A stretch of 64,000 bases of DNA from Heterodontus francisci (lineage: Eukaryota), in the NCBI RefSeq assembly GCF_036365525.1, contig NC_090404.1, forward strand, positions 3,596,001-3,660,000, written 5' to 3'. Position 1 is the stretch's first letter. Every line of letters begins with the position of its first letter. Positions 39,901 through 52,150 of this stretch are shown piece by piece. Both the position numbers and the translations under genes were made by a program. The notes beneath the pieces are model-generated. The model was not told the origin of the DNA. It made no database searches and saw only the letters and a program-made list of their open reading frames with translations.

Positions 39901-41020
39901 GAGCTCATGGTGTTGAGGTAATATATTAGAATGCATAGAGGATTGGCTAACAATCAGGAATCAGAGAGTGGGGATAAATGGGTCATTTTCTGGTTGGCAA
40001 ACTGTAACTAATGGAGTGCCACAGGGATCAGTGCTGGGGCCTCAACTATTTACAATCTATATTAATGACATGGATGCACGAACTAAGTGTATCGGAGCCA
40101 GATTTGTGGACAATACGAAAATAGGTAGCAAAGCTAGTTGCAAGGATGACACAACCAGTCTGCAAAGAGAATAGATAGGTAAAGTGAGTGGGGGAAAAAT
40201 TGCAAATGGAGGAAAATGTGGGAAAGTGTGAGGTTGTCCACTTTGGCAGGAAGGATAGAAAAGCAGAATATTATTTACATGGAGACAGACTGCAGAATGC
40301 TGTGGTACAGAGGGATCTGGGTGTCCTAGTACATGAATCAGTAAAAGTTAGCATGCATGTGCAATAAGGAAGGCAAAGTGAACGTTGGTGTTTATTACAA
40401 GGGGGATGGAGCATAAAAGTGGGGAACTCCTGCTACAACTGCACAGGGCATTGGTAAGACTGCACCTGGAGCACCGGATACAGTTTTGGTCTCCTTGCAT
40501 AAGGAGGGATATACTTACCGTGGAAGCAGTTCAGAGAACTTTCACTAGGCTGATTTTCTGGGATGAAAGGGTTCTCGTATGACAAAAGGCTGAGCAGGTT
40601 GGGCCTATACTCACTGGAGTGCAGAAGGATGAGAAATTATCTTATTGAAATATATAAGTTTCTGAGCAGGTTTGAAAGCGTGGATGCTGAGAGGATGTTC
40701 CCCCTCATGAGGAAATCTAGAACAAGCGGGCACAATTTCAAAATAAGGGGTCTCCCATTTAAGAAAGAGGTGAAGAGGAATTTCTTCTCTAAGAAAGTCG
40801 TTAGTGGTTGGAATTCTCTTCCCCAGAGGGCAGTGGAAGCTCGGCACTGTATATATTCAAAGGTGAGTTAGAATTTTGATCTACAAGAGAGTCAAGGGCT
40901 ATGGTGGGCAAGCAGGAAAGTGGAGTTAAGGTCACGAGCAGATCAGCCATAACCTTATTGAATGGCGGAGCTGGCTCGAGGGGCTGAATGACCGACTCCT
41001 GCACCTATTTCTTATGTTCT
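36935..41020. mobile_element. Nested cluster of CR1 3' fragments in both orientations
   Basis: + strand 36935-37700; - strand 37715-39560 with a nested copy at 38445-39030; + strand 39640-41020. Repeated LVRPHLEYCVQFWSP and GVPQGSVL motifs. Confidence 0.88.
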
Positions 41021-41129
41021 TATAGATAGATAGACAGACAGACAGCCAAACAGACAGGCAGACGAATAGATCGACAAATAGCTAGATATGCAGACAGTGA
41101 CAGTCATATATTAATATAAATAAAGATAT

Positions 41130-41560
41130 ACGTTTGTGCGTGAGGATTTAATCATTTTAGTTAGAAAATGCGTTTAATCTGGTGAATAACTATCAGCAGC
41201 TGTGTGCAATTTCTAATTGCTCCGGTATTATGTGGGTAATATTTGTGTCGAAAGGATAGGGTGAATCTTGGAACAATCTCCCAGAGATGACCTGGATTAA
41301 GGGCCAGGACTAAAGGCAGGCAACAGTACATTGTATTTTACACTACTTAGTGAGAAACACTGCTGTGTTAACGTTTACTCATTCATATTTGTGTTGTGCA
41401 GTTTTTATTCATGTTAAGATTTTTGTATTTCCCCTGCAGGATTTTCTATTTAATTTTCACCTGACTCACTGCTTGTGTTGGACAGAGTCTGGAACTGTGT
41501 CCTCATAGCACCACAAGATGGGCTGCCGTAGGGCCCAAATGCCCACCCGATTTATTTCAC
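41130..41560 (-). repeat. Left arm of an inverted duplication (partner at 46300-46710)
   Basis: The reverse complement shares long blocks with 46300-46710, e.g. cacaaatattacccacataatac, tctctgggagattgtt, cggcagcccatc. Confidence 0.85.
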
Positions 41561-41571
41561 TCAATTGGTTA

Positions 41572-42072
41572 ACATAGAACATAGAACAGTACAGCACAGT
41601 ACAGGCCCTTCGGCCCACGATGTTGTGCCGAACCTTTAACCTACTCTAAGATCAAACTACCTACATACCCTTCATTCTACTATCATCCATGTACTTATCC
41701 AAGAGTCGCTTAAATGTCCCTAATGTATTTGCTTCTACTACCACCGCTGGCAGCGCATTCCACGCACCTACCACTCTCTGTATAAAGAACCTACCTCTGA
41801 TATCTCCCCGAAACCTTCCCCCAATCACCTTAAAATTATGCCCCCTAGTGATAGCCCTGGCTATCCACTCTATCTATGCCTCTCATCATCTTGTGCCGCT
41901 CTATCAAGTCACCTCTCATCCTTCTTCGTTCCAAGGGGAAAAGCCCTAGTTCCCTCAACCTTTCTTCATAAGACATGCCCTCCAGTCCAGGCAGCATCCG
42001 GTAAATCTCCTCTGCACCCTCTCTAAAGCTTCCACATCCTTCCTATAATGAGGCGACCAGAACTGAACACAA
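41572..42072 (-). mobile_element. Short CR1 3' fragment
   Basis: Tail catagaacatagaac; flanked by short direct repeat gttaaca. Confidence 0.85.
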
Positions 42073-44009
42073 GTTAACACAGAACTGGTTAAGAGGTGCG
42101 ACTGAAAACGGCTTACACAAAATTCTTTCTATGTGTGTGCGTCTGTGTGTGTGGGTGAGTCTGGGGTGGGGGGAGGTCGGGGAAGGTGGGGGGGCAGGTG
42201 TGTGTGTGTGTGTGCGTGTGTGGTTCCGTGGGCGGGGGTGCGGGGTGGTGTTGTGTGTTTGTGTGTGTATTTGTGTGTGGGTACGGCGTGCCTAGATCGC
42301 ATAACTCTTAATGCTTGTAATGCATTGCAGCAAGATAAGTGATTATATCCACCGAACGTTTTTCAGCATTTTATTCAATTCTGATTTATTCAAAATGTAA
42401 TAACATTGCAAATAGTTTAATACTAATTATTCGCACCCCATTCTGCTGTGTGTTCTTGTTCACAAAGTGATCTGATGAGGGCGATTGCATTTCCAAGGCT
42501 AGCACGTCGCTCACCGAACTCACTAACCCTCTCTCTCAGATTACACTGAACACAATGAACCTCTCTCCTCTCTCTGACACCACCGACCTCACTGAACCTC
42601 TCTCCTCTGTGGCAGATTGAACTCAGTGAACTTCTCACCTCTCTCTTTTTCTCTCTCTTTTTCTCTCTCTCCCTCCCTCTCTCTCTCACAGACCCAGACT
42701 CACTTAAAATCTCCTATTTTCTAATAATTGTCTTTGGGAAAAAAATTATTTGTTGATTTCCCCTGATTTATCCCAGTAATCATTCTCAATCCATCTCCCC
42801 CTTCGGTGAATACAATAAACCCCAAATAAACTCATGCGTTTTATCCTTTAAATAAGAATGGAGGTAAACGTAATGCAGAGAGCAGAGGCATTCTGTGTGC
42901 TGGTTCTTGGTGCTCAGAGTGAATCCACCCTCACAGGCAGGAAGGCTGTTCATGGTGATTACATGAAACTGACACCTGCTGTTTCATTCTCAGGCAACAC
43001 AACTTCCTGTTTCTCTGCTGCCGGTTTCAAACCACGCAAATCACTTCTGTGCAGCAAATAAATCCAGGGGGCCCAATCTGGTGGAAACATCTGCCAAGGT
43101 GGCTTATATCTGGGCACAGAGTCATTGCGGAGTCACACAGATCACATTGTGGTGACATTTACAAATGAACCTGTTGTTTCTGTTTCTAGTCTCTATTCCC
43201 GGACATAACTGGCAGTGTCTGTGGATCAATCACTGAGTTGCCTCTGCTCTCTGAACCTGGGAGCTGGCAGTTTGCTCCCTTTCATTTTATACCATTCTCT
43301 CTGTGTATTCCTTGTTCCCTCTATTTCTCAGCTTTTATCTCACCGCCTCGTGTTGCTGCCTTTTTTTAAGTCTCTCGTAGTTTGACACTCAGGCTTTTTC
43401 TCTCTCGTTCTCTCGTATCTTTCTCCATTGTGTGTTTTTATTTCATAGAGATGTTCAAACTAATGACGTTTTTTAATAGATTGTTTCAGGAGAAAAAATG
43501 ATTGCCCTCCTTAGAGCAGGGAAGGTTGATGGGAGACTTAATAGAGGTGTGCAAAATCAGGAATGATTTTTGATAGAGTAGATAGGGAGAAACTGTTTAC
43601 AATAGCAGGAGGTTTGTAACCAGAGGGCACATAGATTTAACATATTTGGCAAAAGAACCAGAGGGAGATATGAGGAGAATGCTGTTTATATACAGCGATT
43701 TGTTGCCATCTGGAATTCACACCCTGAAAGGGTGCTCGAAGCAGATTGAATAGTAACTTTCAAATGGAACTGGGTAAATAGCTGAAGGGGAGCAAATAGG
43801 CAGCGTGATGAGGAATGGGGCTAATGGGACAGCTCACTCATTTTTGCAGTGCTCTGAAATTTCTCTGGTGAGTTTTTGAAATTCGATTTTTTTCAGTCAT
43901 CCTGTGCCTTTAACAGAAGATTGAAAACATTTGTTCCTACAAACTGTCAGTCCACCGCCCACCACCACCCCCCCCCCCCCCCACCCCCCTCCCCTCCCCT
44001 TGTATCTTT

Positions 44010-44212
44010 TTTTTAGAGATACAGCACTGAAACAGGCCCTTCGGCCCACCGAGTATGTGCTGACCATCAACCACCAATTTTTTTTAATACTAATCCTACA
44101 CTAATCCCATATTCCTACCACATCCCCACATATCCCTATATTTCCCTACCACCTACCTGTACTAGTGGAAATTTATAATGGCCAATTTACCTACCAACAT
44201 GCAAGTCTTTTG
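44010..44212 (-). mobile_element. HE1-like V-SINE, 5'-truncated
   Basis: Near-identical to the 3' part of 48628-48982. Confidence 0.85.
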
Positions 44213-44247
44213 CATTTTGGCATGGTGACTGCAATAAAGAAAAAGAA

Positions 44248-44690
44248 ATACTTGCATTTGTATCATGCTTTTCACGACCACCGGACATCTCAAAGCACTT
44301 TACAGCCAATGAAGTACTTTTGAAGTGTCGTCAGTGTTGTAATGTAGGAGGTACAGCAGCTAATTTGCAAACAACAAGCTCCCAGAAAGAGCAATGTGAT
44401 AATGACCGGAAAATCTGTTTTTGTGATGTTGATTGAGGGATAAACATTGGCAAGGACAATAAGGATAACTCCCTTGCTCTTATTCCAGATAGTACCATGG
44501 GATCTTTTACATCCACCTGAGCAAGCAGACGGGGCCTCGGTGTAACATCTCATCTGAAAGACGGCACCTCCGGCAGTGCAGCGCTCCCTCAGTATTGCAC
44601 TACAGTGTCAGATTTCATTTTTGTAATCAAGCCCTGGATTGGGTCTTGAATCCAGAAGCTTGTGAGTCAGAGGCGATATTTCCACTCCTG
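44248..44690 (-). mobile_element. Deu-domain SINE (SacSINE1-like)
   Basis: Deu-like core gggatcttttacatccacctgag..cagacggggcctcggt.taacatctcatctgaaagacggcacctcc, tRNA-like head, and aatgcaagt-type tail on the - strand. Confidence 0.75.
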
Positions 44691-45280
44691 TTTTATCACA
44701 CAACTCTCTGTTTCATTCACCATAATACAGAAGCCTGCACTAGGCGCAAAACATCATTGCTCCCCCTGCACCTTCTTTTCCTGTTACAATCGGGTGTTTA
44801 TTAGGCTCCCTGCCTCCCCCACTGTAACAGTTCCTGCAGTAAAAGCGGCCTCTGTTATTGAAACACTGGATCCGGCCTCTGTGAGTATTATTATATCAGG
44901 TCCCAGTCTGCACCGAGCCCTACAGTCATAACTCCCTTCACAAATCCAAGGGGGGGAAGAGGTTTCTTTTTAGAAGTGGGCGGGCACATCAAACCTGCAA
45001 TTATGTCCCAGGAACCCCTGCTTCGCTGGATGGAGAAACTGCCAGAGTTGCTCCGTCTGCCACTCCTCTCACTCCTACTGAGTCTATGAAAATAGTGGGC
45101 AGAAGAACAGAAAGATTTGCACTTATACTGGCCCCGGGAGCATCGGCCTAGACTTTGTGGTCTCGTCTCTGGAGTGGGGCTTGACCCCACAACCTTCTGA
45201 CTCAGGGTGAGAGTGTCACCAATTAGTTAATGCTGACATGATCTTGTTCCAGTTACCATTACACTATACAGTGCTTGTGT

Positions 45281-45447
45281 GTCAACAGCCCCAACAAACA
45301 AATTTCTCTGCAGCACCTGTGGAAGAGCCTGTCACTCCAGAATTGGCCTTTATAGCCACTCCAGGCGCTGCTTCACAAACCACTGACCACCTCCAGGCGC
45401 GTATCCATTGTCTCTCGAGATAAGGAGGCCCAAAAGAAGAAAAGAAG
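45281..45447 (+). mobile_element. RTE LINE 3'-terminal fragment with 15-bp TSD
   Basis: Same 3' end as 22489-22650 (reverse complement), (AAG) tail, TSD atacagtgcttgtgt at 45266-45280 and 45448-45462. Confidence 0.9.
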
Positions 45448-46299
45448 ATACAGTGCTTGTGTTATAGCACTAAGCCCATCTCATTCAGACTGCAGTGGTC
45501 ACTGACTCTGTTATCAGGCATGAGGCAAAGCATTTGCTATTATCTCAATAGATTCTGACTCACATGCACTTTTATCTGAGACCAAAACTTTGGTTTTGAT
45601 GCACTAGATACTGACTGTATTATCATCGCATTAGATCTAGTGATGTGTTCAGTAATACACTGCAGCCTGCCCCTGTTATTATTGGATTGAACACTGTCTT
45701 TGTTATACTGAAAGTAAGCCACGTCTTTGCTGTTATGCATGGCTTCTGCCTGCACTCTTATTGTATTCGGCACTGTCACTTTAATTGTTCCACTTAGATC
45801 CTGTCACTGTTATTTTTGGAAACATAACCTGCCTGTTATTCCAATTTGAGTGCACGTCTCCATTATTATTACTGGAAACTTTGTCTCTTGTCAGTTTTCA
45901 ATAGGAACCTGTTTCTAGTATTGTTAAAGTTGACCCTGCTTCTGTTAGTCTTACACTATAACCACTTTCAATTATTATTGTAAAAAGTATTGTTTCATTA
46001 TTATTACATAAATACATGTTTCTTATGGTTTCACCTGAGGTCCAGTCTCTGTTATTATTGCACGAGCCCATATCTCTGTTTATATCACATGGTATTAAAC
46101 AATCTGCAATTACTGTTGGAATGAAAGGAAAAAAACACAGAAAACATCTGGTGAAATAGGTTATACACCTTTGTAGAACCACTTTGCAATCACTAAGGAT
46201 GATTTATTTGGTACACTCACACACATACGCACACACGCATATTTAACACATTGTGTGTTCTCATTTCAGGTTTCCCTTTTGATCAGACGAGAATCAATT

Positions 46300-46710
46300 T
46301 CGAGGACACTAGGACCCTGCGGCAGCCCATCCGCCGTTACTGTGTCGTCACTGTCACACAATCACTAGGCCAGGTGAAAGCTAAATTGAAAATCTTGAAG
46401 GGCCAAAAAAAAACCCTTTAACATAAAAATCGAGCAATTGTCACAGTGCAACAAGTGTGACTTAGTAAACTAGCACAACAGAGTTTGTCACCAAGTAATG
46501 TGAGGTGCAGACCTTTAGTCTGGTCCTTTAATCACAGTCCGTCTCTGGGAGATTGTTGGAAGATTCACCTCATCCTTTCAGCACAAATATTACCCACATA
46601 ATACAAGAGCAATTAGTAATTTCACACAGCTACTGATGGCTATTAACAAGATTAAACATATTCTTCCATAAAGGAAATGATTACAGCCTCCGACACAAAC
46701 AAATATATGA
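46300..46710 (+). repeat. Right arm of an inverted duplication (partner at 41130-41560)
   Basis: See left arm. Confidence 0.85.
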
Positions 46711-46914
46711 GATGGAAATTGGTCTCAGGCAGTGGAGCAGAATGCACCGTGTACGCAGCAATTCCGTTGACTGCAATAAAATTTAATATCAGGTCCTGGG
46801 TGGAACGGGCGAACAAGCCCGTTGGACTGGTATCTGAAACCAATTTCCAGTCAAACATCTTTATTTAGAAAAAAAAACTCTTCATCCCATAGAAATATGA
46901 ACAGAGATGGGGTT

Positions 46915-49900
46915 TGGTGTAATATAAACAGAGACAGGGTCTAGTGCAATACAAACAGATGCAGGTATCAGTGTAATATAAACAGAGACAGGGTCTAGTG
47001 TGGCATAAACATAGAGAGGGTCTAGTGCAGTAAGAACAGAGATATCGTCCAGTGTAATATAAACAATGATGCGACGAAGTCCAGTGATAACTGAGACATG
47101 GTGTAATGTAATATAAACAGAGACAGGGTCTAGTATAGTATAAACAGAGAAAGGGTCTAGTGGAATATAAACAGAGACAGGGTCTTGTATAATATAAACA
47201 GTGGGTTGTGAATCTTTGGAATTCGCTACCCCGAGTTCTGTGGAATCTCAGTTACTGAGTATGTTTAAAGCAGAGATAGATTTCTAAATACAAATGACAT
47301 AAGAGGATATAAGGATAGTGTGGGGAAAAAGGCATTGAAGTGGATGATCAGCCATGATCATACAGATGGCGCGACAGGCTTGATGGGTGGAATCGCTTAC
47401 TCCCGCTCTTATGTTTCTATGTTTCTAACCCGAGATAGGGTCTTGTGTATTAAAATGGAGAGATGGTCTAGTGTAGTAAGAACAGAGATAAGGCAAAGTG
47501 TAACATAAACAGAGACATGGCGAAGTCCATTGATAACTGAGAGAGGGTCCAGAGTAATATAAACAGAGATAAGGCCTAGCACAATGTTATCAGTGAGAAA
47601 GGGCCTCGTTTAATATAAAGAAACACATGTTTCAGTGGAGTAATTACAGGGGCATGGTCTAGTAGAATATGAAAAGAGCAACAGCCTGGTGTAACATAAA
47701 CAGAGAAAGAGCCAAGAGTAATATAAACAGAGAGAGAGAGAGAAACTAGTATAACATAGCAGACAGAGGGTCGAATGTATTAGAAACAGGTCGGGTCTAG
47801 GATAATATAAACAGGTGTAATATAGATAGAGACAGGATCTAGTTTAATATGAGCAGAGACAGGCTCCAATGTAATTGAATCTAAGATAGGGACTAGTGTC
47901 ATATAAATAGAAAAAGGGTCCTGTGAAATATAAATAGAGACGGGGTCCAGTCTAAGATAAAACGACACAATGCCGAGTGTAATATAAACAGAGGCAGAGT
48001 CTAGTATCATATACAGAGATAGGGCTTAGTTTAAAACAAACAAAGGCAGGGTCCAGTGTAATGTAAACAGAAACATGCTCCAATGTAATATAAAGAGAGA
48101 AAAGGTCCACAATAATGTGAACAGAGACGGGGTCTAGTGTAATGTAAACAGAGACGGGTCTGGTGTAACATAAACAGAGAAAGAGGATTCTAGTGAAATA
48201 TAAACAGAGAAAGAGGATTCTAGTGAAATATAAACAGAGAAAGGGGCTTGTCGAATATAAACAGAGACAGGGGCTCTTGGAATATAAACATAGACAGGGT
48301 CTTGTGCATTGCAAACAGTTACAGGGTCTTGTGGAATATAAATAGAGACAGGGTCTCGTGTAATATGAACAGAGTGAGGGCATTGTGCAGTAAGAACAGA
48401 GATAGGGCAAAATACAATATAAACAGAGACATGGCGAAGTTCATTGAGAACTAAGACAGGGTCCAGAATAATATAAACAGAGATGGGGCCTAGCACAATA
48501 TTACCAGAGAGAAAGAGCCTCGTTTAATATAAGGAGACATGTTTCAATGGAGTAATAACAGGGGCATGGTCTAGTATAATATAAACAGAGAATGCGCCTA
48601 ATGTAATATAAGCAGAGACTGGGCCTAGTTTAGATTTAGTTTAGAGATACAGCACTGAAACAGGCCCTTCGGCCCACCGAGTCTGTGCCGACCATCAACC
48701 ACCCATTTCTACTAATCCTACACTAATCCCATATTCCTACCACATCCCCACCTGTCCCTATATTTCCCTACCACCTACCTATACTAGGGGCAATTTATAA
48801 TGGCCAATTAACCTATCAACCTGCAAGTCTTTGGCATGTGGGAGGAAACCGGAGCACCCGGAGGAAACCCACGCAGACACAGGGAGAACTTGCAAACTCC
48901 ACACAGGCAGCACCCAGAATTGAACCCGGGTCCCTGGAGCTGTGAGGCTGCGATGCTAACCACTGCGCCACTGTGCCGCCCCAAATATAATTTAATATAA
49001 ACAGAGACAGGCTCCAGTGTAATAGAATATGAGATAGGGGCCAGTGTAATATAAACAGAGACAGGGTTCAGTCTAAGACAAAAGGACACAATGCCGAGTG
49101 TAATGTAAACAGACACATGCTCTCACGTAATACAAACAGAGACAGGGTCCAGTGTAATATAACCAGACACATGGTCTAGTGTAATATAAACAGAGAAAAG
49201 GTCCAGAGTAATATGAACAGAGACGGGGTCTAGTGTAATATAAACAGAGACAGCGCCTCGTGTAATATAAGCAGAGAAAGGGCGTAGTGTAATATAAACT
49301 GAGACAGGGCCTAGTGTAATATAAACTGAGGCAGAGCCTAGTGTAATATAAACTGAGAAAGGGTCTAGTGTAATATAAACAGAGTCAGAGTCTAGTGTAA
49401 TATAAACTGAGATAAGGCCGAGTGTGATATAAAGGGAGATAGTGTCTAGTGTAATATAAATAGTGACAGGGCCCAGTGCAGTAAGAACAGAGACAGGGTT
49501 TCGTGTAATATAGACAGAGACACGGTGAAGTCAAGGGACAACTGAGACAGTGTCAAGTGTAATTTAAACAGAGAAAGGGTCTAGTGTATTATAAACAGAG
49601 ACACGGTGAAGTCGAGTGATAACTGAGACAGTGCCTAGTGTAATATAAACAGAGACAGGGTCGAGTGTAATATAAACAGAGAAAGGGTCCAGTGGAATAT
49701 AAGCAGATACTGGACCTGGTGTAATATATAGAGAGACAGGGCCTAGTGGAATTTAAACAGAGACTGGGTCTGTTGTGAAATAAGTAGAGACAGGGCCTTG
49801 TGCAGTAAGAACTAAGATAGGGTCTCATGTAATATAAACAAAGGCAGGGTCTAGCAAATATTAATGGAGAGACAGGATCTGTTTGATTTAAAGCGACATG

Positions 49901-50380
49901 TTTCAGTCAAGTAGTAGCAGGGGCATGGTCTAATATAATATAAGCAGAGAAAGAGCCTAATGTAGTATAAACAGAGCAAGAGCATACTGCATCATCAACA
50001 GAGAAAGCACCTAGTATAATATTGCAGATACAGGTTTTAGTGTAATATAAACAGAAACGGGGTCAGCGTAATATAATGAGATAAGGAGCTTGATGTAATT
50101 TAAACAGAGAAAGGGCATGCGTAATACAAAAAGAGATAGGGTCTTGCTTAATATAAACAGAGACACGGCCTAGTTTAATATAAACAGAGACAGGGTCTAG
50201 TGTAATATAAACTGATACGGGGTCTATTTTAATGTAAACAGAGACAGGGCGTAGTGCAATATAAACTGAGACAGGATCTAGTGTAATATAAACTGATACG
50301 GGGTCTATTTTAATGTAAACAGAGACAGGGCGTAGTGCAATATAAACTGAGACAGTGTATCGTGTCACATAAACAGAGAT
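46915..50380 (+). repeat. Large 27-bp satellite array, interrupted by a CR1 tail (47200-47430) and a SINE
   Basis: (AGTGTAATATAAACAGAGACAGGGTCT)n with higher-order variant blocks. Confidence 0.93.
48628..48982 (-). mobile_element. HE1-like tRNA-derived V-SINE, full length
   Basis: Minus strand GGGGCGGCACAGTGGCGCAGTGG (A box), GGTTCAATTC (B box), V-domain GCGTGGGTTTCCTCCGGGTGCTCCGGTTTCCTCCCACA, and a CR1-derived 3' tail. Confidence 0.92.
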
Positions 50381-51176
50381 AAAGGCTAGCATACCATTCG
50401 CCTTCTTAATTGTTTGCTGCATCTGCATGTTAGCTTTCAGTGACTTATTGACAAGGACATCCAGGTCCCTTTGTACATCTACACTTTCTAATGTATTACC
50501 ATTTAAGAAATACACTGCACATCTATTCCTCCTACCAAAGTGGACAACCTCACATTTTTCCACATTATATTCCATCTGCCACGTTCTTGCCCACTCACTA
50601 GGTCTGTCCAAATCCCCTAGAAGCCACTTTGCATATTCCTCACAACGTACATTTCCACCTAGTTTTGTGTCATCCGCAAACTTGGAAATATTACATTTGG
50701 TCTCTGCATCCAAATCATTGATATATATTGTGAACAGCTGGGGCCCAAGCACTGATCCTTGTGGTACCCCACTAGTCATAGTCTGACAAAGCGAGAATGA
50801 CCCGTTTATTTTACTCTTTGCTTTCTGCCTGTTAACTAATCCTTAAACCATGCCAGTATGTACTTTAGTTTTGCTGACCAACCTTCTGTGGGGCATCTTA
50901 TCAAAGCCTTCTGAAAATCCAAGTATTCCACGTCCACTTACTCCCCTTTATCAATTTTGTTAGTGATATCCTCAAAAAACTCCAACAGGTTCATCAAACA
51001 TGATTTCCTATTCATAGATCGATGTTGACTATGCTCGATCAGATCATTATTATCCAAGTTTCCATTTATCACATCCTTTAGAATAGATTCTAGCATTTCT
51101 CCAACGACTGATGCAAAGTTAACCAGTCTGTAATTCCCTGTTTCCTCTCCCCCCAGCACACCGCCGCGCCCCCACC

Positions 51177-51212
<36 letters not shown>

Positions 51213-51320
51213 ACCCACCCCAACCCCCACACACATACACACACTTCTTAAATAGTGGGGTGACATTTGCGGCCTTCAAATCTGCAGGAATCGCTCTAGA
51301 AACTACAGAATTTTGGAAGG
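50380..51320 (-). mobile_element. CR1 RT fragment
   Basis: ORF 50063-50779 ([14 protein letters not shown]) and ORF 50938-51279. Confidence 0.88.
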
Positions 51321-51586
51321 AATGTTGACCAGGGCACAGTGTGGGGACTATGGGAGCTTTAATGCCTACCTCAACAGGAAAGGGGAAGGGGAGAGATTAT
51401 TGGTTCCTGATATCACCTGAAAGATCGTGGGTCGATTTTCAAGCCCGGTAGTTTAAATGCTAAAGTTCCTCCAGTGGAGCCAAGGTGGGATCTTAAGCTG
51501 AAGCATTGGTTTAGTCTGTGTTTAACGGAAGATGCCATCTTGGTTAAAAAAAAGAGTCGGCACTTGCGCTCGGATCATCTACCCGG

Positions 51587-51765
51587 AGGATCAGCGCGGG
51601 GGCCGGGGAGATCAGCGCGGGGGCCGGGGAGATCAGCGCGGGGGCCGGGGACAGCACAGCAGCGCGGGGGCCGGGGAGAGCAGCGCGGGGGCCGGGGAGA
51701 TCAGCGCGGGGGCCGGGGACAGCACAGCAGCGCGGGGGCCGGGGAGAGCAGCGCGGGGAGACCAG
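51587..51765. repeat. GC-rich 21-bp minisatellite (GATCAGCGCGGGGGCCGGGGA)n
   Basis: About 8 units, some with an acagcaca variant. Confidence 0.9.
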
Positions 51766-51777
51766 CGGTAGCGGTGC

Positions 51778-52150
51778 CGGGGAGGGGGGGGGGGAGAAAG
51801 AGGGAGAGGGAAGGGGGGAGAAAGAGGGAGGGGAGGAGAAAGAGGGAGAGAAAGAGAGAGGGGGGAGAAAGAGGGAGGGGAGAGGGGGAGAAAGAGGGAG
51901 AGGTAAGGAAGGGGGGAGGGGGAGAAAGAGGGAGAGGGAGGGGGAGAAAGAGGGAGAGGGAGGGGGGAGAGAGAGGGAGGGGGGAGAAAGAGGGAGAGGG
52001 GAGAAAGAGGGAGAGGGGGAGAAAGAGGGAGAGAAAGGGGGAGGGGGGGGTGAAAGAGGGAGAGGGAGGGGTAAGGAAGGGGGGAGGGGGAGAGCTGGGG
52101 GGAGAGGGAGGAAGGGAAGAGAGTGGGGGAGCAGCGGAACGGAAGAGGAG
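51778..52150. repeat. Polypurine (G/A) tract, about 370 bp
   Basis: Almost pure G/A on the + strand. Confidence 0.92.

Noticed and set aside
41190-41240. Leader-like peptide ISSCVQFLIAPVLC with a GT donor in the inverted-repeat core
   Set aside because: No ATG in either copy, wrong intron phase, and no downstream V exon.
47780-50380. ORFs with VSVYITLDP or PCLCLYYTR repeats
   Set aside because: They are translations of the 27-bp satellite.
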